Source: Oikopleura dioica (taxonomy: Eukaryota; Animalia; Chordata). From it: a stretch of 64,000 bases of DNA. Location of the stretch: the NCBI GenBank assembly GCA_907165135.1, contig OU015569.1:12524001-12588000 (forward strand), read 5' to 3'. Below the pieces are notes generated by a model. It made no database searches, had not been told where the DNA came from, and was given only the letters and a program-made list of their open reading frames with translations. Shown piece by piece: positions 12,701 to 26,259 of the stretch (positions are counted from its first letter, which is position 1; each line of letters opens with the position of its first letter). A program made the translations under genes and the position numbers.

Positions 12701-14218
12701 GAACTGTAAGCACTTTGCCCTTTCAAAAATTCAAAAAGTAATTCTAGCGAAAAAGCATAATTCACCGCGCCGCTGAAATCAACAACGACCAGCCAAACAA
12801 ACGCGTAGTCCGCCCAAGCGTCCGCAAAACCGTCTCCTTCGACCAGCCCGATTCGGCGCCAAAGAACTGGAACTTCAACCCAGAGGATTTGGCCAGAATC
12901 AAAGAAAAAGGTAAAAATTCGCGGCGTTAAATTTTAACTTGTCAGAAAAATCAATTAGGAGGACTGCTTCTGACTCAGACGTCCCCAAAGAAGGTATAAA
13001 CGCGTGCTTTTTTTCGTGTTACAGTCACTTTTGTGTGTTCAGCCACTTCTTTAAAAAAAAAAACTAGAAACGCGAAAATAATTCTGATAATTTTCAGAAG
13101 AAGCAAAAGAAGCGCAAAAAATCACGGAAAAAGAAGCACCGCAGCTGGACAAATCGCTAGAAGAAGAAGTCGTCATTGATTCAAAACCGGAAAAACTGAC
13201 AATTGCCAAATCAAAGACGCAGACCATTCTAGAGCGAAAATTCCGAGAAAACTTGGCGCAGCATGGCGGGCGAGGGACAATCACTGTCCCCCAAAATATG
13301 CGAAAAATTCATAAAAGTAAGGCAAAAAGAGTGCTTTTTACGAGGATTCAAACTTGCCACTCGTTTGACAAAAAACGGACATATCATTTATAGAAACCGG
13401 GGAGAAGTATAAGATCGACGTGACTGACCGTTTCCAAGTGGATTTCTACCTCGATTCGGAGGGCCAATGTAAGTTCCAAAATCAGTTTAATCCAGTTTAA
13501 TCCGATTTATTTCGTACGTCTCTGATTGGCTTCTGGGCTCGGTAACCTGTGTAGAAAACCTGAGTCAGGGTTTTTAAGTTTTAAAATTCGCGGCTTTTCA
13601 TTTTAAAACTTTAAAACCCTGACTCAGGTTTTCTACACAGGTTGCCCAGCCCAGATTGGCTTACAGAAGAGATACTGGCTTCTGATTGGCCAAAACCCTA
13701 AATTGCGCCCTCTATCTAAGAAAAGTCCAAATAATCTAGTAGTTACAACAGTTACAACTTTTAATCTCTTCAGGCGCTCTGAAATCCGTTGAATGGGTAA
13801 AAGTCAAAGCTGGAGTCGATTTTAAGCAAACTTCTGTCCTTCCCGGCGATCAAATTTTAAGTAAGCACAGTTTTTCTCTTTTCAAAGTTGAGAGAGAAAA
13901 CTAAATTTAGGCATTGACGGCGCTGATTGTCAAGGAAAATCAATGTTTCACATCCGAACAAAGCTGCAAGACCGCAGCAAAGAAAAGTCCACGGAAATCG
14001 AGGTCTTTCACACAAAAAGGACAGTAGGAGACGTTCTGAAACACGCGAACACTGCTGTAACTGAATCTTCTCCTTCGAAACCGAGCCCGAAAGCTGAAAA
14101 GAGCGAAAAGCAAGAGGAAGCAAAGAAAGAATCAACGAAGGCGAGTTCGGCGGCTCATCCCTCCTCGACTGCCGCGGACAAAGCAAATCCAGTGAAGCCA
14201 TTAGCCACAGCCTTTTGA
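9743..14218 (+). CDS. Harmonin/whirlin/PDZD7-family multi-PDZ scaffold (harmonin-homology domain, PDZ, PDZ, low-complexity region, PDZ, C-terminal PDZ-binding motif); 5' end uncertain, possible exons at ~8970-9070
   Basis: FVRHLKELIAAPAHLKIYALARKILKHEHQRPF resembles a harmonin N-like domain. PDZ segments GFSLAGGAENGLSIFVDDV...LQIGDQIL, KPGAVADKIGLKVGDKIERLDGESL and LPGDQIL..IDG. Ends in -ATAF*. Confidence 0.6.
11596..12010. repeat. GC-rich intronic repeat element with (TTAGGG)-like motifs
   Basis: ggttaggggttagggttagggg at ~11648, repeated gtgtagcggg and ttaggcttagg motifs; related motifs at ~190-270, 18915, 19375 and 21633. Confidence 0.5.
13533..13654. mobile_element. CTGGG-family MITE with perfect 8-bp TSD
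   Basis: TIR ctgggctcggtaacctgtgtagaaaacctgagtcagg / cctgactcaggttttctacacaggttgcccagcccag; flanked by attggctt (13525-13532 and 13655-13662). Confidence 0.9.
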
Positions 14219-14586
14219 AGAAGAAAAGAAGCATCGAAAAGATTTTTCTCGGCCCTGTCTACTTGAATACTTTTCAATAAAATTAACAATCACTGTAAAT
14301 AAACTCACACAATAAAACATTACTCTTCCTACTGTAAACTGCTATTAAGGACCGCAGCCCCCCCCCCACCATTTTCAGAAAAACAATAAATTTTCAGTAA
14401 ACGGTGCTTTCTCTAAAATGCAAATGCGAAGTGTCCCAAATCTACAGTCTGAATTCAGCGCCCGCCTTTTTTTGTCTGATTGCGCCAATTTTTTCAGTCT
14501 AGCTCAAACTGAAAAAGAATAAGAACTAACTATCGGCAGATTTTTGGTCGAATTTATGATCTTTCTCGTCAAATTTTCCACATGAC

Positions 14587-15023
14587 TAGAGTTGAAAATT
14601 TTGTGAGCTAGCTGAGCTGAGCTAGCTGAGCAACAGCTCAGCTCAGCAATTTGGAGATGAGGGTCAGCTCAGCTAAATTTTGACCTCAGCTCAGCTAGCT
14701 CAGCTCAATGGTTCTTCGAAAAGAGCCAGCTCAGCTCAGCTAGCTCAATTTTGACCTCAGCTCAGCTAGCTCAGCTCAGCTCAGTCTATTGAGCTGATCG
14801 AACCAATTTTGATTGTCTATTTTTCAAAATCAGCTCTTTCAGCTCAGCTCAGTTTGAGAAATCGTCAGCTCAGCTCAGCTCAAAAATCATCAGATAAGCC
14901 CCAGCTAATTTCAATTATTTTGAAAAAACCCAGCTCAGCTCAGTTGTTTTTAAAAGAGGCCAGCTCGGCTCAATTTAAACCTTAGCTCAGCTTAGAAAAA
15001 ATTTTCATAAATTTGCAACTCTG
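14587..15023. mobile_element. hAT-like non-autonomous element filled with AGCTC repeats
   Basis: TIR tagagttgaaaattt / aaatttgcaactctg; TSD cacatgac / cacatgat (8 bp, 1 mismatch); interior (agctc)n. Confidence 0.8.
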
Positions 15024-15555
15024 CACATGATTGTTAAGCAATGATTTATTCCTTCATATCAAGAATACGCCAGAATAAGAACAACTGCTGGAAACTCTTG
15101 TTTTTCTTGGCAAGCTATTTTTCGAAAAACGGCATCGATCAAACTTACGAGTTGTGAGCTTCGGAAGTCATCGCGCAATGTCAAGCCCGTGTCTCCGAGA
15201 TTTTGATATCGTAAATAGTATTTTGGAGCGTAGAAAATAAAATAAAAAAGAAGAACTGCGGAGGAATAAAATGAGAAAGGGAATTAATAGACAGCGCATT
15301 TCGACGATTTTGGAAGATCCAGTCATTGAGTAAGCAACAATTTATTTTGTCAAAAAGGCGGTTTACAGTTATTGCTTCTCGTAAATCAGCTTTTATGAAG
15401 TCTACTCCCTTAACTTAAAAGTCTATTAACTGGGCTCGGCGAAAAATCTGAGTTCTAGAAAAGGTCTTCAAAGAGCTTCAATTATCTTTGTAGCGGCTTT
15501 TTTTTAAAGAAGCCGCAAAGCGGCTTCGCCAAACTCACCATTTCAATCTATTTAA

Positions 15556-15894
15556 GGACCCCCCCGTCAACAACTTTCCTAAGAAAAATCGAAAATTTCA
15601 AAACAGCCATATTTTTGCTTCTTAGTGTGCCTGGAAGTTTAATACATCATAAAAACATGTTCGGCGCACTTCTTGACCAAAAAAAATCTAAAATTTTAGC
15701 AAAATTGGGACTTTTTCGTCATTTTTCTTCAAAAAGTCCAATTTTCAAACGCGATTTTGAGGGTGTTAGAGTCGAGATAGACCCCCAAAAAATGAAGCCT
15801 CAAAATCGTTTTTTGACCCGTAGAATACATTTCCGGGGTTGAAATTTTGAAATTCCGAAAATAATTTTTTCGAAAAGTGTTGACGGGGGGGTCC
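15556..15894. mobile_element. TTAA-targeting non-autonomous DNA transposon (Kolobok/piggyBac-type TSD), nested in a degraded CTGGG MITE (~15430-16060)
   Basis: TTAA|ggacccccccgtcaaca ... tgttgacgggggggtcc|TTAA. Confidence 0.8.
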
Positions 15895-16367
15895 TTAAGG
15901 GGGTCAAAAATAAAGATTTTTTTAACCAAGATAGCCAAAAAATCCCATTATACCCCCGCCCCCTTAAAATTCTCGCAAAGTTCCTTTGCGGCTTTATTTA
16001 GAAAAAAAGCCGCTATGCTAGCCTCTCCTCAACCCTAATTCAGGTTTACTTCAGATGTTACCTAAACGCCTCTATATCCTTATTTATCGACAATTTGCGA
16101 GGAAAAGTGATGGACTGAGTTATTTGATTAGAGCCCTAGAATGTGCTCAAGCGCATTTGATCCGTCCACTCGTGTAAAAACTGAACAAAAGTGGCGACCG
16201 GTTTCATCGCCGCCGGAGCAAACAATTCCATTCTTTCACGGGAGATTCACATAAATGAGATATCAATGGGGAGTAAGCGCGTCATTTGAAACACACCAAA
16301 GCCAAATTTTTTTATATTTTAAATTTATCTCGACTCGAGAGCTCTGAGAAAGGGAGAGAAAAAAGAG

Positions 16368-19300
16368 ATGGCACCGAGTAGCAAACCAAAGAAAAAGTAA
16401 GTTAAAGTTCAGACTCTGATGAGTTAGATCAGTTTCTTTATCGAAATTTTAATAAACTAAGGGACTCTCCTTCATAAAAAATTGGGGTCCTAAAGATCCC
16501 TCTGGGAGGTGCCCATTTTAACGGACCTCGAATTCCTCAAAAGGGTCCCAATTTTAACGGATTTTCTGGCCAAGGAAAATTCGCTAAAAAGAGTTCCTTT
16601 CTTAGGAATGTAAAATCCGTTAAAACGGTTACCTTCTAGGCTCGGCAACCTGTGTCGAAAACTTGAGTCAAGTTCTGAAGAGCTAAAATGAAAAGCTGCG
16701 TAGCGGCTTTTTAAAAACGAAGCCGCAAAGCGGCTTCGCCAGTGTTTAAAAAATAGAAGTGATTGACGCAACGAGGCTTCGTCTTTAAAAAACCGCCACG
16801 CGGCTTTTCATTTTAGCTCTTCAGAATCCGACTCAGGTTTTCCACACAGGTTGCCGAGCCCAGGTTACCCCCTGATGGAATTTTCTCGGTAAAAAGAGGA
16901 CCTACTTATTGCTATTTTTTTTTTGAAAACTGGGAAACCAAAAATATGGCTCCAAAAATGTCTAAAATGAGAAATTAGAGCTCGGGAAAACATTTCAAAG
17001 GGAAGACCTTACTACCTTCTCAATTATTATTGATCGCTTGTCTGGGACAATCAGGAAGACATGGAAGAATTTACTCTTCTTCTTGTCGATGATTGATTGT
17101 AATAAAAACGAAGATGTCACGCTAGAGTAGAGTACGAATCATCTGTGTGTGGCAAGAGCGAGACAATAGCATTCCATTCTCCTGGCGAAAGTCAAATAGA
17201 CATCATCTTCGAATGGCCGGACGCATTCACCCTTTTCGTCTTACTATGCGCTAAGTACTAAAAAAGAGTGGTGGAATTCTTGTCTCTCTAGCTCGAGTCG
17301 CTGGCGGGTGAACATTAAAGAGAGTGACTCAGCCATAAATTTTATTAGATTTCGGCACTTAAAAAAGTTCAATTCCCAACGCACCAAAAAACTATCATCA
17401 TTATTCGCGCCAATTCGGGCGATTTCAAATATTTCGATCATTTTCGACCACCATACGTATTTGAGAGAGACATTTCCAAGTCCTGTTCTTTTTCTTTAAA
17501 CGAAACGAGCACAAGGTCCGCATAACTCGAATGAGAAAGAGAGAGGGCAGATCTTACCGGCAGCGGTGCGGTCGTAAAAAGCTTCAAAAAATTTCCTCGA
17601 CGAAACACGCTCTCAACGATAATTGTCCAGGGCCAGGAGTCGAGAGGAGAACCAGTCCTGCCAGAGAATTTAAAAGTCGAAGCCTCCTTCTTTTTCCCCT
17701 GAGCCTTCTTTCTTTCCACTTTTACTACCACCTTCAATAGTGGTAGATTTATCTTGAAATCAACGAGGAGAATCAACAAACTTTTCTTACAGTAGTTACT
17801 GTAATTCAAGCAGCTGGACTGTAAATCGATGATTCAGCGTCTTTATTAAATAGCTCTTTCAGCTATTAGTAGTTTATCGTTATTTTCGGTTTTATTGGTT
17901 CACCCCAAAAACGCCGTGTACGCTCAACATTTTTTTACGATTTATCGTTAGTAAGAGACCTAAGGACCCGAACTCGTAACTTGACTTTTTTCCTCCATCT
18001 TCGTTTTTCCCCTTTCTCGCCTTTTTTGACAAGTTTTGAAACTGGTCTCGGCAACCTGTTTAGAAAACCTGAGTCAGATTTTCGTGAAAAAGCTAAAATG
18101 AAAAGCTGTTTTTTAAAAACGAAGCCGCAAAGCATTGGCATTGCAATCTTTTGAAAATTCTAAGAAAGCGGCTTTTTTGCGGCTTTGTTTTTAGAAAAAA
18201 GCCGCGGCTTTTCATTTCAGCTTTTTCAGGAAAAGCTGACTCAGGTTTTCCACTCAGGTTTCCGAGGCCAGTTTTAAAGTTCTTCGTGTTTTCAGAGGGA
18301 TGGCATCGACAACGGTACAACAGTTGAGGAATGACCTCGAAGAATGCAAGGCCGAGGTCGGCAAGATGGAGGAGATCGTCCGGAACATCAACACGGCGAT
18401 TTCCAAGGCCGAGTCTTTGAAGATCGAGAACGAAACGATGACCCACCTGCGCGAGCAAAAAGCCCAGCTCGTCAAGGACATCGACAACTACAAGCACATG
18501 TTGCAGGAAGCAGAAGATCTCAAGAAATCCTGGGACAAGGTAATCAACAAGAGTGTTATTACAGTAAACGAATAGTCTCGCTTTCGTTTTTTTTTTTGTT
18601 TTGAAGCTCGATTTTGAATGGTTTTTCAACTTCACGGTCAAAAGAGCTTGAAAAGAAAGAGAGAGATGGAGTCACGCGCTCGTTGAACCCGGCGCCGAAA
18701 AGCACTAGAATGGTATTTTTAAGAATGACACTGCCATGCAAACGATCGACCACGACCGCCAATTCCAAGATGGAGCCAATCGCTTCGAAATCCACGTCAG
18801 CAACCTTGAAAACATGGACAAGAAGCTTATTTCTCCTGCCAAGGCCGAGCAGGACCGCATTTCTTTCCGAAGAATGGAGGTAAAACTTGATTCTTAGCCC
18901 ATTAATCCATTAACTTAACCCTAACCCAAAAGAGGCTCTATGAAAATCCAGCTGAAAATCTTACCCTAACCTTGCCAAAATCCATTTATTCCCTCCCCTT
19001 AAAAAATCAAATTCGAGCCCTCGAAAATTCCCCAAAAGATTTGATTTTTCGAAGCACGCATCAAATAAACTACACCGGAGCCTAGAAATTCCGGTGACAA
19101 GACAAGTTATCCACCCGTTATTGTCGCCAAAATGAGCTTGGGTCATAAACTCACTCGTACCGTACCACACGAGACAGCAGGGACTATAAATTCCTTTACT
19201 AAACGAAAAGCCACCATCATCCGAGCTTTTCTTCAGAACAACGATGCTTTAGCGCGTCTTTTTGTCTTTTATACTTGAATTTTTTTGTTGTTTAGTTTTC

Positions 19301-22193
19301 AAATTAAAATGAAATTTTTCATGCCCACATTTATCTAGTTGGCTGGTATTAATACTGTAGAAATGCAAAGATAACCCTAAACCTAACCCTAACCCTAGCC
19401 CAAACCCCAATCAAGAATAGGATAAGAATTCTAAATTCTTATTGGCTGACAGACAAAATACCGCCTTCTTATTGGTGAAAATCCCCATGCACCATCTCCT
19501 AAAATCAGAGCCTTTTTCCTCTATTTTCTTATGAACAAGAACTCTTATCGACGAATTCTAGTCTGATGGAGTTATCAATGACTTGCCAATTGTTTTCGAA
19601 TTTGGTCTCTTGGCCCGACACCAGATGGGCGGCTGGGAAGTTACCGAAGATCAGAAGAAGGACGACTACTTTTCCTTTACTTTCCGAGTAAGTTAATTTG
19701 CAGAGTAAAATTGTTAAATGAAAATAATTCCAGTGGGACGAAGACAACGCCACGAAGGAACAAAAGGATGATCTCGAATCGCTCAGAATCAAAGCCACCT
19801 CGATCGTGATTCTTTACGACGAAGCGACCAACTCCATCGTTAATTTTGACGTTGAGCCCGGCTTCGAGCATCAGTGGGGTTATGGCCGACAGCGATTCTT
19901 GCAGCAGTCTGTTCTTCGAAGTAATTCAGCTCGCTCAAAACTAAGCTATAATTCTTGATTTCAGAAAACTCCCAAGCCGTCTTCGCCAAAGCAATCCTGA
20001 AAGACTGGTCGGAACAGCACGAATATGAGCTCGGCAAGTTGACCATTTCGCTGCTCAAGGACTCGAAGAATCAAAGATCTGACACTCTTGAGCTCGTTAA
20101 ACTGATCACCCAGATGGCCGAAAAAGAACAAGTGTGGCAAGAACAAAAGGTAATCTCAGTTTTATATTCTATTAGTGGTTGAGAGTTTTAACCTATTGGC
20201 GTAGTATTTTTAACACGTGTGTACGTTGGTTAACCCGTTTTCATTTCAGATCGAGGCCGAGAAGAACACACTTCTTTTGGAAAGTCAGATCCAGCAGCTC
20301 ACTCTTGAGCGAGACACCCTTAAGTTGCAGATGACTTCGCTGGAGACATCGCTGACTGCGATCAAGACCGAGCTCGCAACTCTCCAAGAAGAAGCAGCCC
20401 AGACTCCATGCGGCAACGACGGCATCAAGGGTGGCGATACTGGCTCCAACCAAATCCAGCCAGATTTGCAAAAGAAGGTTGACAAGCTCACAGAAGAGCT
20501 CGAAGCAGTCAAAGCCGCCAAGGAGGCCCAAGCCGCCGATCTTCAGTCCCAAATCGACGAGCTCACCAAGCAACTGGCCGCCAAAGACGCCGAAATCTGC
20601 GTCGCCAACGACAAACTCGCCGAGCTCCAAAACAAAATCGAAACCTTCGAGAGCCAGGTCGACACGCTCACCTGTCAAGTCAACGATCTCACCAAGAAAC
20701 TGGCCGACTGCGAGGGCGAAAAACAGAAGCTGTCCGATGTGCTTGATATTGTCGAGCAGAATGTGGCGACGCTCACGGCTCTTGTCGAAGAGCTCAAAAA
20801 AGGTAACTACAACATCATGGCTTTTAAAATTAACCATTTTTACAGAGAACGAAGCACTCAAAGCAGAGCTCGAAGCAGTCAAAAAAGCCGCCGAGGACGC
20901 CGCAGCCGCCGCTGCTGCCGAAAAGGCCGAGCTGGAATCAAAGGTGTGCACTCTTGAAGCGGAGCTGACAACTGCCAAAGAAGAAATCACTCGACAAGAG
21001 GCCGAAATCGCCAATTTAGATGGTAAGGCTTTATTCGCTGCTCGCCGCCGCTTTTTGAAAATGGCGCCATTTTCTAAACTAACTCTAACTCTGTTTTTTA
21101 TCAGGCATTGCTTACAAATATTGCGAAGACGCGAAAGCCCGCACCGACGATTTCAACCAGGCGGCGGCGCAATTGGCCTCGGCCAAGGAAGCGCAAGATG
21201 CTCAGAAGCTCGAGATCCAGAAAGCTATCGATATTCTCCAAGCCTGCCTTGTAAGAAAACTAACTTCCACTACCAAATAAACTAATTCGATCCCTATTTA
21301 CAGGCACAGCCTGATATCGCCGTCCCTTCTCCCGTCGAAAATAATGTTGATTGCACGCAATACAAGGATACTGTAGTACCACCGCCTCAGCCAGAGAAAA
21401 AGCCCGAGCCTGAGCCGGATGTAATTGTAGCTGAACCTGAGCCAGCCCCTGAGCCAGAACCAACTGTTGTTGAGGAGCCTAAGCAAGAAGCAGCCTGCTC
21501 GTCATCGTCTTCTTCTTCGTCTTCCTCCTCGTCATCGGACTCATCGGACAACGAATCTGTTGTTGATAATGGATATGTCGAGCCTCCAGGTAATTTAACC
21601 GCCGAACTATAAAATACCTGTAATATAAGCTGAGTTAGGGTTAGGGCTAGGCTCTAATTGGTAGGGTCAGGGTATTTAGTGACTTTCAACCAATCAGAGA
21701 CCAGATAGTCTCGGACACCCAATCAAATACCATATTTTCGTGATAGCGAATTAGCAACCTATTTTGGCCTTGATAGCCAATCACGTGCACCCATAAATAT
21801 CCCTATTGTTCAGTCCTTACTTTAGTTGATAAGGTCGTTGCTAAAGTCATTTAGTCGTCGATGAAGACATGATCATTGCCGAAAAAGTGAAAGATGCCCC
21901 AAAGCCACAGTTTTTCCCACCAAAAACGGAAGATAAAAACCCCGTCGTTCCAGAGCAACAGGCTGCTCAAAAGTCTCCACCAGCTTCACCGTAAGTTCGT
22001 CCAAGCTGTTCCTCTGATGATCACTCTTTTCAGGACTCAGGCGCAAAGCACGGAAATTCCCTTGGATCGACAATCGCTGAGCTCAGTGGGATCAAAGAAG
22101 AAGCAAAAGAAGCTCAACCCGGTCCTGCGAGCTCTCGGCTGCTTCGGCAAAAACTCGTGGGGGGAAAAAGACAAAACAGTTGCCAAGGATTAA
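16368..22193 (+). CDS. Multi-exon long coiled-coil protein with Pro/Glu- and Ser-rich tail, function unknown
   Basis: Exon 1 MAPSSKPKK|gtaag splices in phase to ttcag|a at 18296. Heptad-rich exons at 18296-18539 and 20250-21250; PEPE and poly-Ser segments at 21304-21589; ends ...GEKDKTVAKD*. Confidence 0.7.
16636..16863. mobile_element. CTGGG-family MITE
   Basis: ctaggctcggcaacctgtgt ... acacaggttgccgagcccag; flanks gttacctt / gttacccc; internal aagccgc/gcggctt palindromes. Confidence 0.85.
18042..18271. mobile_element. CTGGG-family MITE (diverged)
   Basis: ctggtctcggcaacctg ... caggtttccgaggccag; flanks ttttgaaa / ttttaaag. Confidence 0.8.
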
Positions 22194-22835
22194 ATTGAAT
22201 TAATTCCAGCGGTTTAATCGTTTTCATCTTTTTTTAAACAAATGACCCTCGACTGTAAAAAGAAAACACGGCCTGTTTTACTATATCCTCTCTTCCCAAC
22301 TCAACTCAAAGAAAAAATACTCCCCTTCAACAATCCTCCCTCATTTGAGCCCATAAGAATCATTTCCTCCTTTCATTTCCTTAAAATTATAATTTTTAAT
22401 TAGCCTCAAATTATTCCCTTCCACTTTTAGAAATATTTTACTGTTCTCTTCTTTCATTTCAATTTTTCAATTTTTGCAATTAACAATTTTTAATTTTCAA
22501 ATTTTAAAAGTTTAAAATTTCCAGAGCAGCATACTTTTTACACTCCAACAAGGAGTCTTCAACGAAAAATAATAATAATGAAATAATCATCTGTACAAAC
22601 AAGTCACTACTATCTAATAAAAAACATTAAAAATATAGATTTATTGATACTGGGAAAAGAGCAGAGCAGGCCTTACTGTATCATTGAATACGTTAGAATC
22701 ACAGAAACCGCCGATTAGTTTCAATTAGTCACGCAGGTGCATTCCCTTCCTTTTTCGACTCTTTTCAAGCTCGAAATTCCTCGGTTTTGATTTTTTTTAA
22801 CTTTTGAGAGATTTTGAAAACAAGGAAAAAAGAGG

Positions 22836-23813
22836 ATGTGCTGGAGCTGCTCGACCAATTCAAATATTCTCATTTTGTCGGTTTCTTCCATGTTCATGCA
22901 TCTCGGAGTTTTCTTGTTTATTACTGGAACGAATCAGGAAAGAGTTGAATTTTTTATTCCGCAAAATTTTTATTACTGTTTTAGCGACACAGGTTCCTGT
23001 TTCAAACAAACAGGTTTCGGGTTCGTTCAAACAGGACCCTGTTTCAGAGATACAGGCCTCTTATCAGGGCTTCCATTGCGAAAGAAAACGGGCCCCCTGT
23101 TGAGAACCTTGATAAGAAGCCTGTGAGCCTGAGTCAGGAATCTGTTTGTACGAAACAGATACCTGTTTGACTGAAACAGGACTCTGTAAGCATGGGACAG
23201 GAGCCTATTTGCCTGAGAAAAAATGAACGGAATACCATATGTAGAATTTTCAACAGCACGAAAATTGCCAGAAATTTCCGCAAGAAACCCTTATTTCTTT
23301 GAAATTTACGACCGAAAGCTAAAAATCACTCTTTTCAAAGCTCGACTCCATGGAATACTATTATTTCCTCCCTTCAATCGTCGAATCCCTCGCATCAATT
23401 TTATTGATTTCACACACTTTCTTCGAATTTGAAAAATTCCTCCAGGAAAAAGGAGCAAACTCAAAATGAGAATTGGCAACAAAACTTTTCTCACGCGCGC
23501 GCATTTTTCTCATCATGTCTTTTTTCTTCTCAAAATTGGAAATGATCCTTTTGAACAGTTTATGGTCTTGTTCTCTGTGCTCGGATCTGGAGCTACTATT
23601 GGCTTGACACTGTATTTGATTGTTGTCTTTACTCGTGCCTTTGGAGTTGGCTTCATTTTTATGTTCACTGCTTCTGCCGGCTATATTCTCATGGCCTTGT
23701 TTTTGGTAAGACATTGTTCTTCAGGGCCTGAATATTGAGCGATACCCCCTTAAAATTGAGGAATTTAGATAACGATTTCTATCTCCAGAACTGCATTTGC
23801 TTTCATGTTATGA
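22836..23813 (+). CDS. Possible small multi-pass membrane protein in the spacer of the inverted duplication
   Basis: Hydrophobic segments ILILSVSSMFMHLGVFLFITG and FMVLFSVLGSGATIGLTLYLIVVF..FGVGFIFMFTASAGYILMALFL; exon structure unresolved. Confidence 0.35.
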
Positions 23814-23907
23814 AGAGAGGCTTTTGATAATCGAATTGCTGTACAAACAAAATTGTTATTACCGACTGGAATAAAGTTTATTTTAACAAAGATGAAAGCT
23901 TGAAAGT

Positions 23908-25642
23908 TTGAAAAATTGAAATGAAAGAAAAGAACAGTAAAATGTTTCTAAAAGTGGAAGGGAATAATTTGAGGCTAACATTAAAGTAAAATTTTCAAGT
24001 AATGAAAGAAGGGAATGATTTTTATGGGCTCAAATGAGGGAGGATTGTTTAAGGGGAGTATTTTTTTCTTTGAGTTGAGTTGGGAAGAGAGGATACAGTA
24101 AAACAGGCCGTGTTTTCTTTTTACAGTCGAGGGTCATTTGATTAAAAAAAAGATGAAAACCGCTGGAATTTATTCAATTTAATCCTTGGCAACTGTTTTG
24201 TCTTTTTCTCCCCGCGAGTTTTTGCCGAAGCAGCCGAGAGCACGCAGGACCGGGTTGAGCTTCTTTTGCTTCTTCTTTGATCCCACTGAGCTCAGCGATT
24301 GTCGATCCAAGGGAATTTCCGTGCTTTGCACCTGAGTCCTGAAAAGAGTGATCATCAGAGGAACGGTCTGGCCGAACTTACGGTGAAGCTGGTGGAGACT
24401 TTTGAGTAGCCTGTTGCTCTGGAACGACGGGTGTTTTCTCTTCCGTTTTTGGTGGAAAAAATTGTGGCTTTGGGGCGTCCTTCACTTTTTCGGCAATGAT
24501 CATGTCTTCATCGACGACTAAAATGACTTTATCAACTACAGTCAGGACTCAACAACAGGGATATTCATGGATGCATGTGATTGGCTATCAGGGCCAAAAC
24601 AGGCTCCTGATTCGCTATCACGAAATATGATATGGTATTTGATTGGGTGTCCGAGACTATCTGGTCTCTGATTGGTTGAAAGGTCCCCAAATACCCTGAC
24701 CCTAACAGTTAGAGCCTAGTCCTAACTCAGCTTATATTATAGGTGTATTTTAAAGTTTGGCGTTTAAATTACCTGGAGGCTCGACATATCCATTATCAAC
24801 AACAGATTTGTTGTCCGATGAGTCCGATGACGAAGAGGAAGACGAAGAAGAAGACGATGACGAGCAGGCTGCTTCTTGCTTAGTATCGGCGATATCAGGC
24901 TGTGCCTGTAAATAGGGATCGAATTAGTTTATTTGGTAGTGGAAGTTAGTTTTCTTACAAGGCAGGCTTGGAGAATATCGATAGCTTTCTGGATCTCGAG
25001 CTTCTGAGCATCTTGCGCTTCCTTGGCCGAGGCCAATTGCGCCGCCGCCTGGTTGAAATCGTCGGTGCGGGCTTTCGCGTCTTCGCAATATTTGTAAGCA
25101 ATGCCTGATAAAAAACAGAGTTAGAGTTAGTTTAGAAAATGGCGCCATTTTCAAAAAGCGGCGGCGAGCAGCGAATAAAGCCTTACCATCTAAATTGGCG
25201 ATTTCGGCCTCTTGTCGAGTGATTTCTTCTTTGGCAGTTGTCAGCTCCGCTTCAAGAGTGCACACCTTTGATTCCAGCTCGGCCTTTTCGGCAGCAGCGG
25301 CGGCTGCGGCGTCCTCGGCGGCTTTTTTGACTGCTTCGAGCTCTGCTTTGAGTGCTTCGTTCTCTGTAAAAATGGTTAATTTTAAAAGCCATGATGTTGT
25401 AGTTACCTTTTTTGAGCTCTTCGACAAGAGCCGTGAGCGTCGCCACATTCTGCTCGACAATATCAAGCACATCGGACAGCTTCTGTTTTTCGCCCTCGCA
25501 GTCGGCCAGTTTCTTGGTGAGATCGTTGACTTGACAGGTGAGCGTGTCGACCTGGCTCTCGAAGGTTTCGATTTTGTTTTGGAGCTCGGCGAGTTTGTCG
25601 TTGGCGGCGCAGATTTCCGCTTCTTTGGCGGCCAGTTGCTTG
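23908..25642 (-). pseudogene. Inverted duplicate of the 3' half (20567-22470) of the coiled-coil gene
   Basis: The reverse complement matches exons, introns and 3' UTR. The ORF 24924-25472 translation equals part of ORF 20431-21285. The PEPE region is deleted in frame. Confidence 0.85.
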
Positions 25643-26259
25643 AGGGGATGGGTCTGGCTCTTGTGCTACAAAGGATTGAGAAATTATTTATTTAACCTTT
25701 AATAATATTACCTTGAAATCCGCGCGCCGAGTTGAATCGATCGACCCGCTGCTAAGGCTCCAATGGCTGTCTCCGGTTAGATCCATCTCATTCTCGTTCT
25801 CTTCTCTTTTTCTTCCAGAGAACAGTCCGCCCTCTCGGCGGTTTAGTCGGTCAATTCTAACTTCGGCAACAGTCCTCCGATTTTTCTTCTGCTTCGCCAT
25901 TATCGGCTGAAAAAACCGCAAATTAAATGATTTGCAATTTTCTAAAATCGAAAAGCCGCTTGCGGCTTCGAGATACAACTTGGCCCGGCAACTTGTGTAG
26001 AAAACCATAGTCAGGAATCTAAGGAGCTCTCATAAAAAGCCGCGCAGCGGCTTTTACCAAATATTTGAATATTGTTGAAGCAGCAAAATCCCCCAAGAAA
26101 TTCTAATTGCTTTTAAAAAATATCTCTGCTCTTACCTTTTTGCACGCAGGAATGCGAATGAAGTCGGTTTGAACGCGCGGTGCTCAGCACAACAAGAGCA
26201 CCATCTGGTTTTGACGTGGCAGAGTCAAATCAGCGCGCGATCAAAAAATTTTTTTCGTT

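Noticed and set aside
20241-21014. Long antisense ORFs (also 62039-62869 and 1015-1683)
   Set aside because: They are shadow ORFs of codon-biased exons on the opposite strand.
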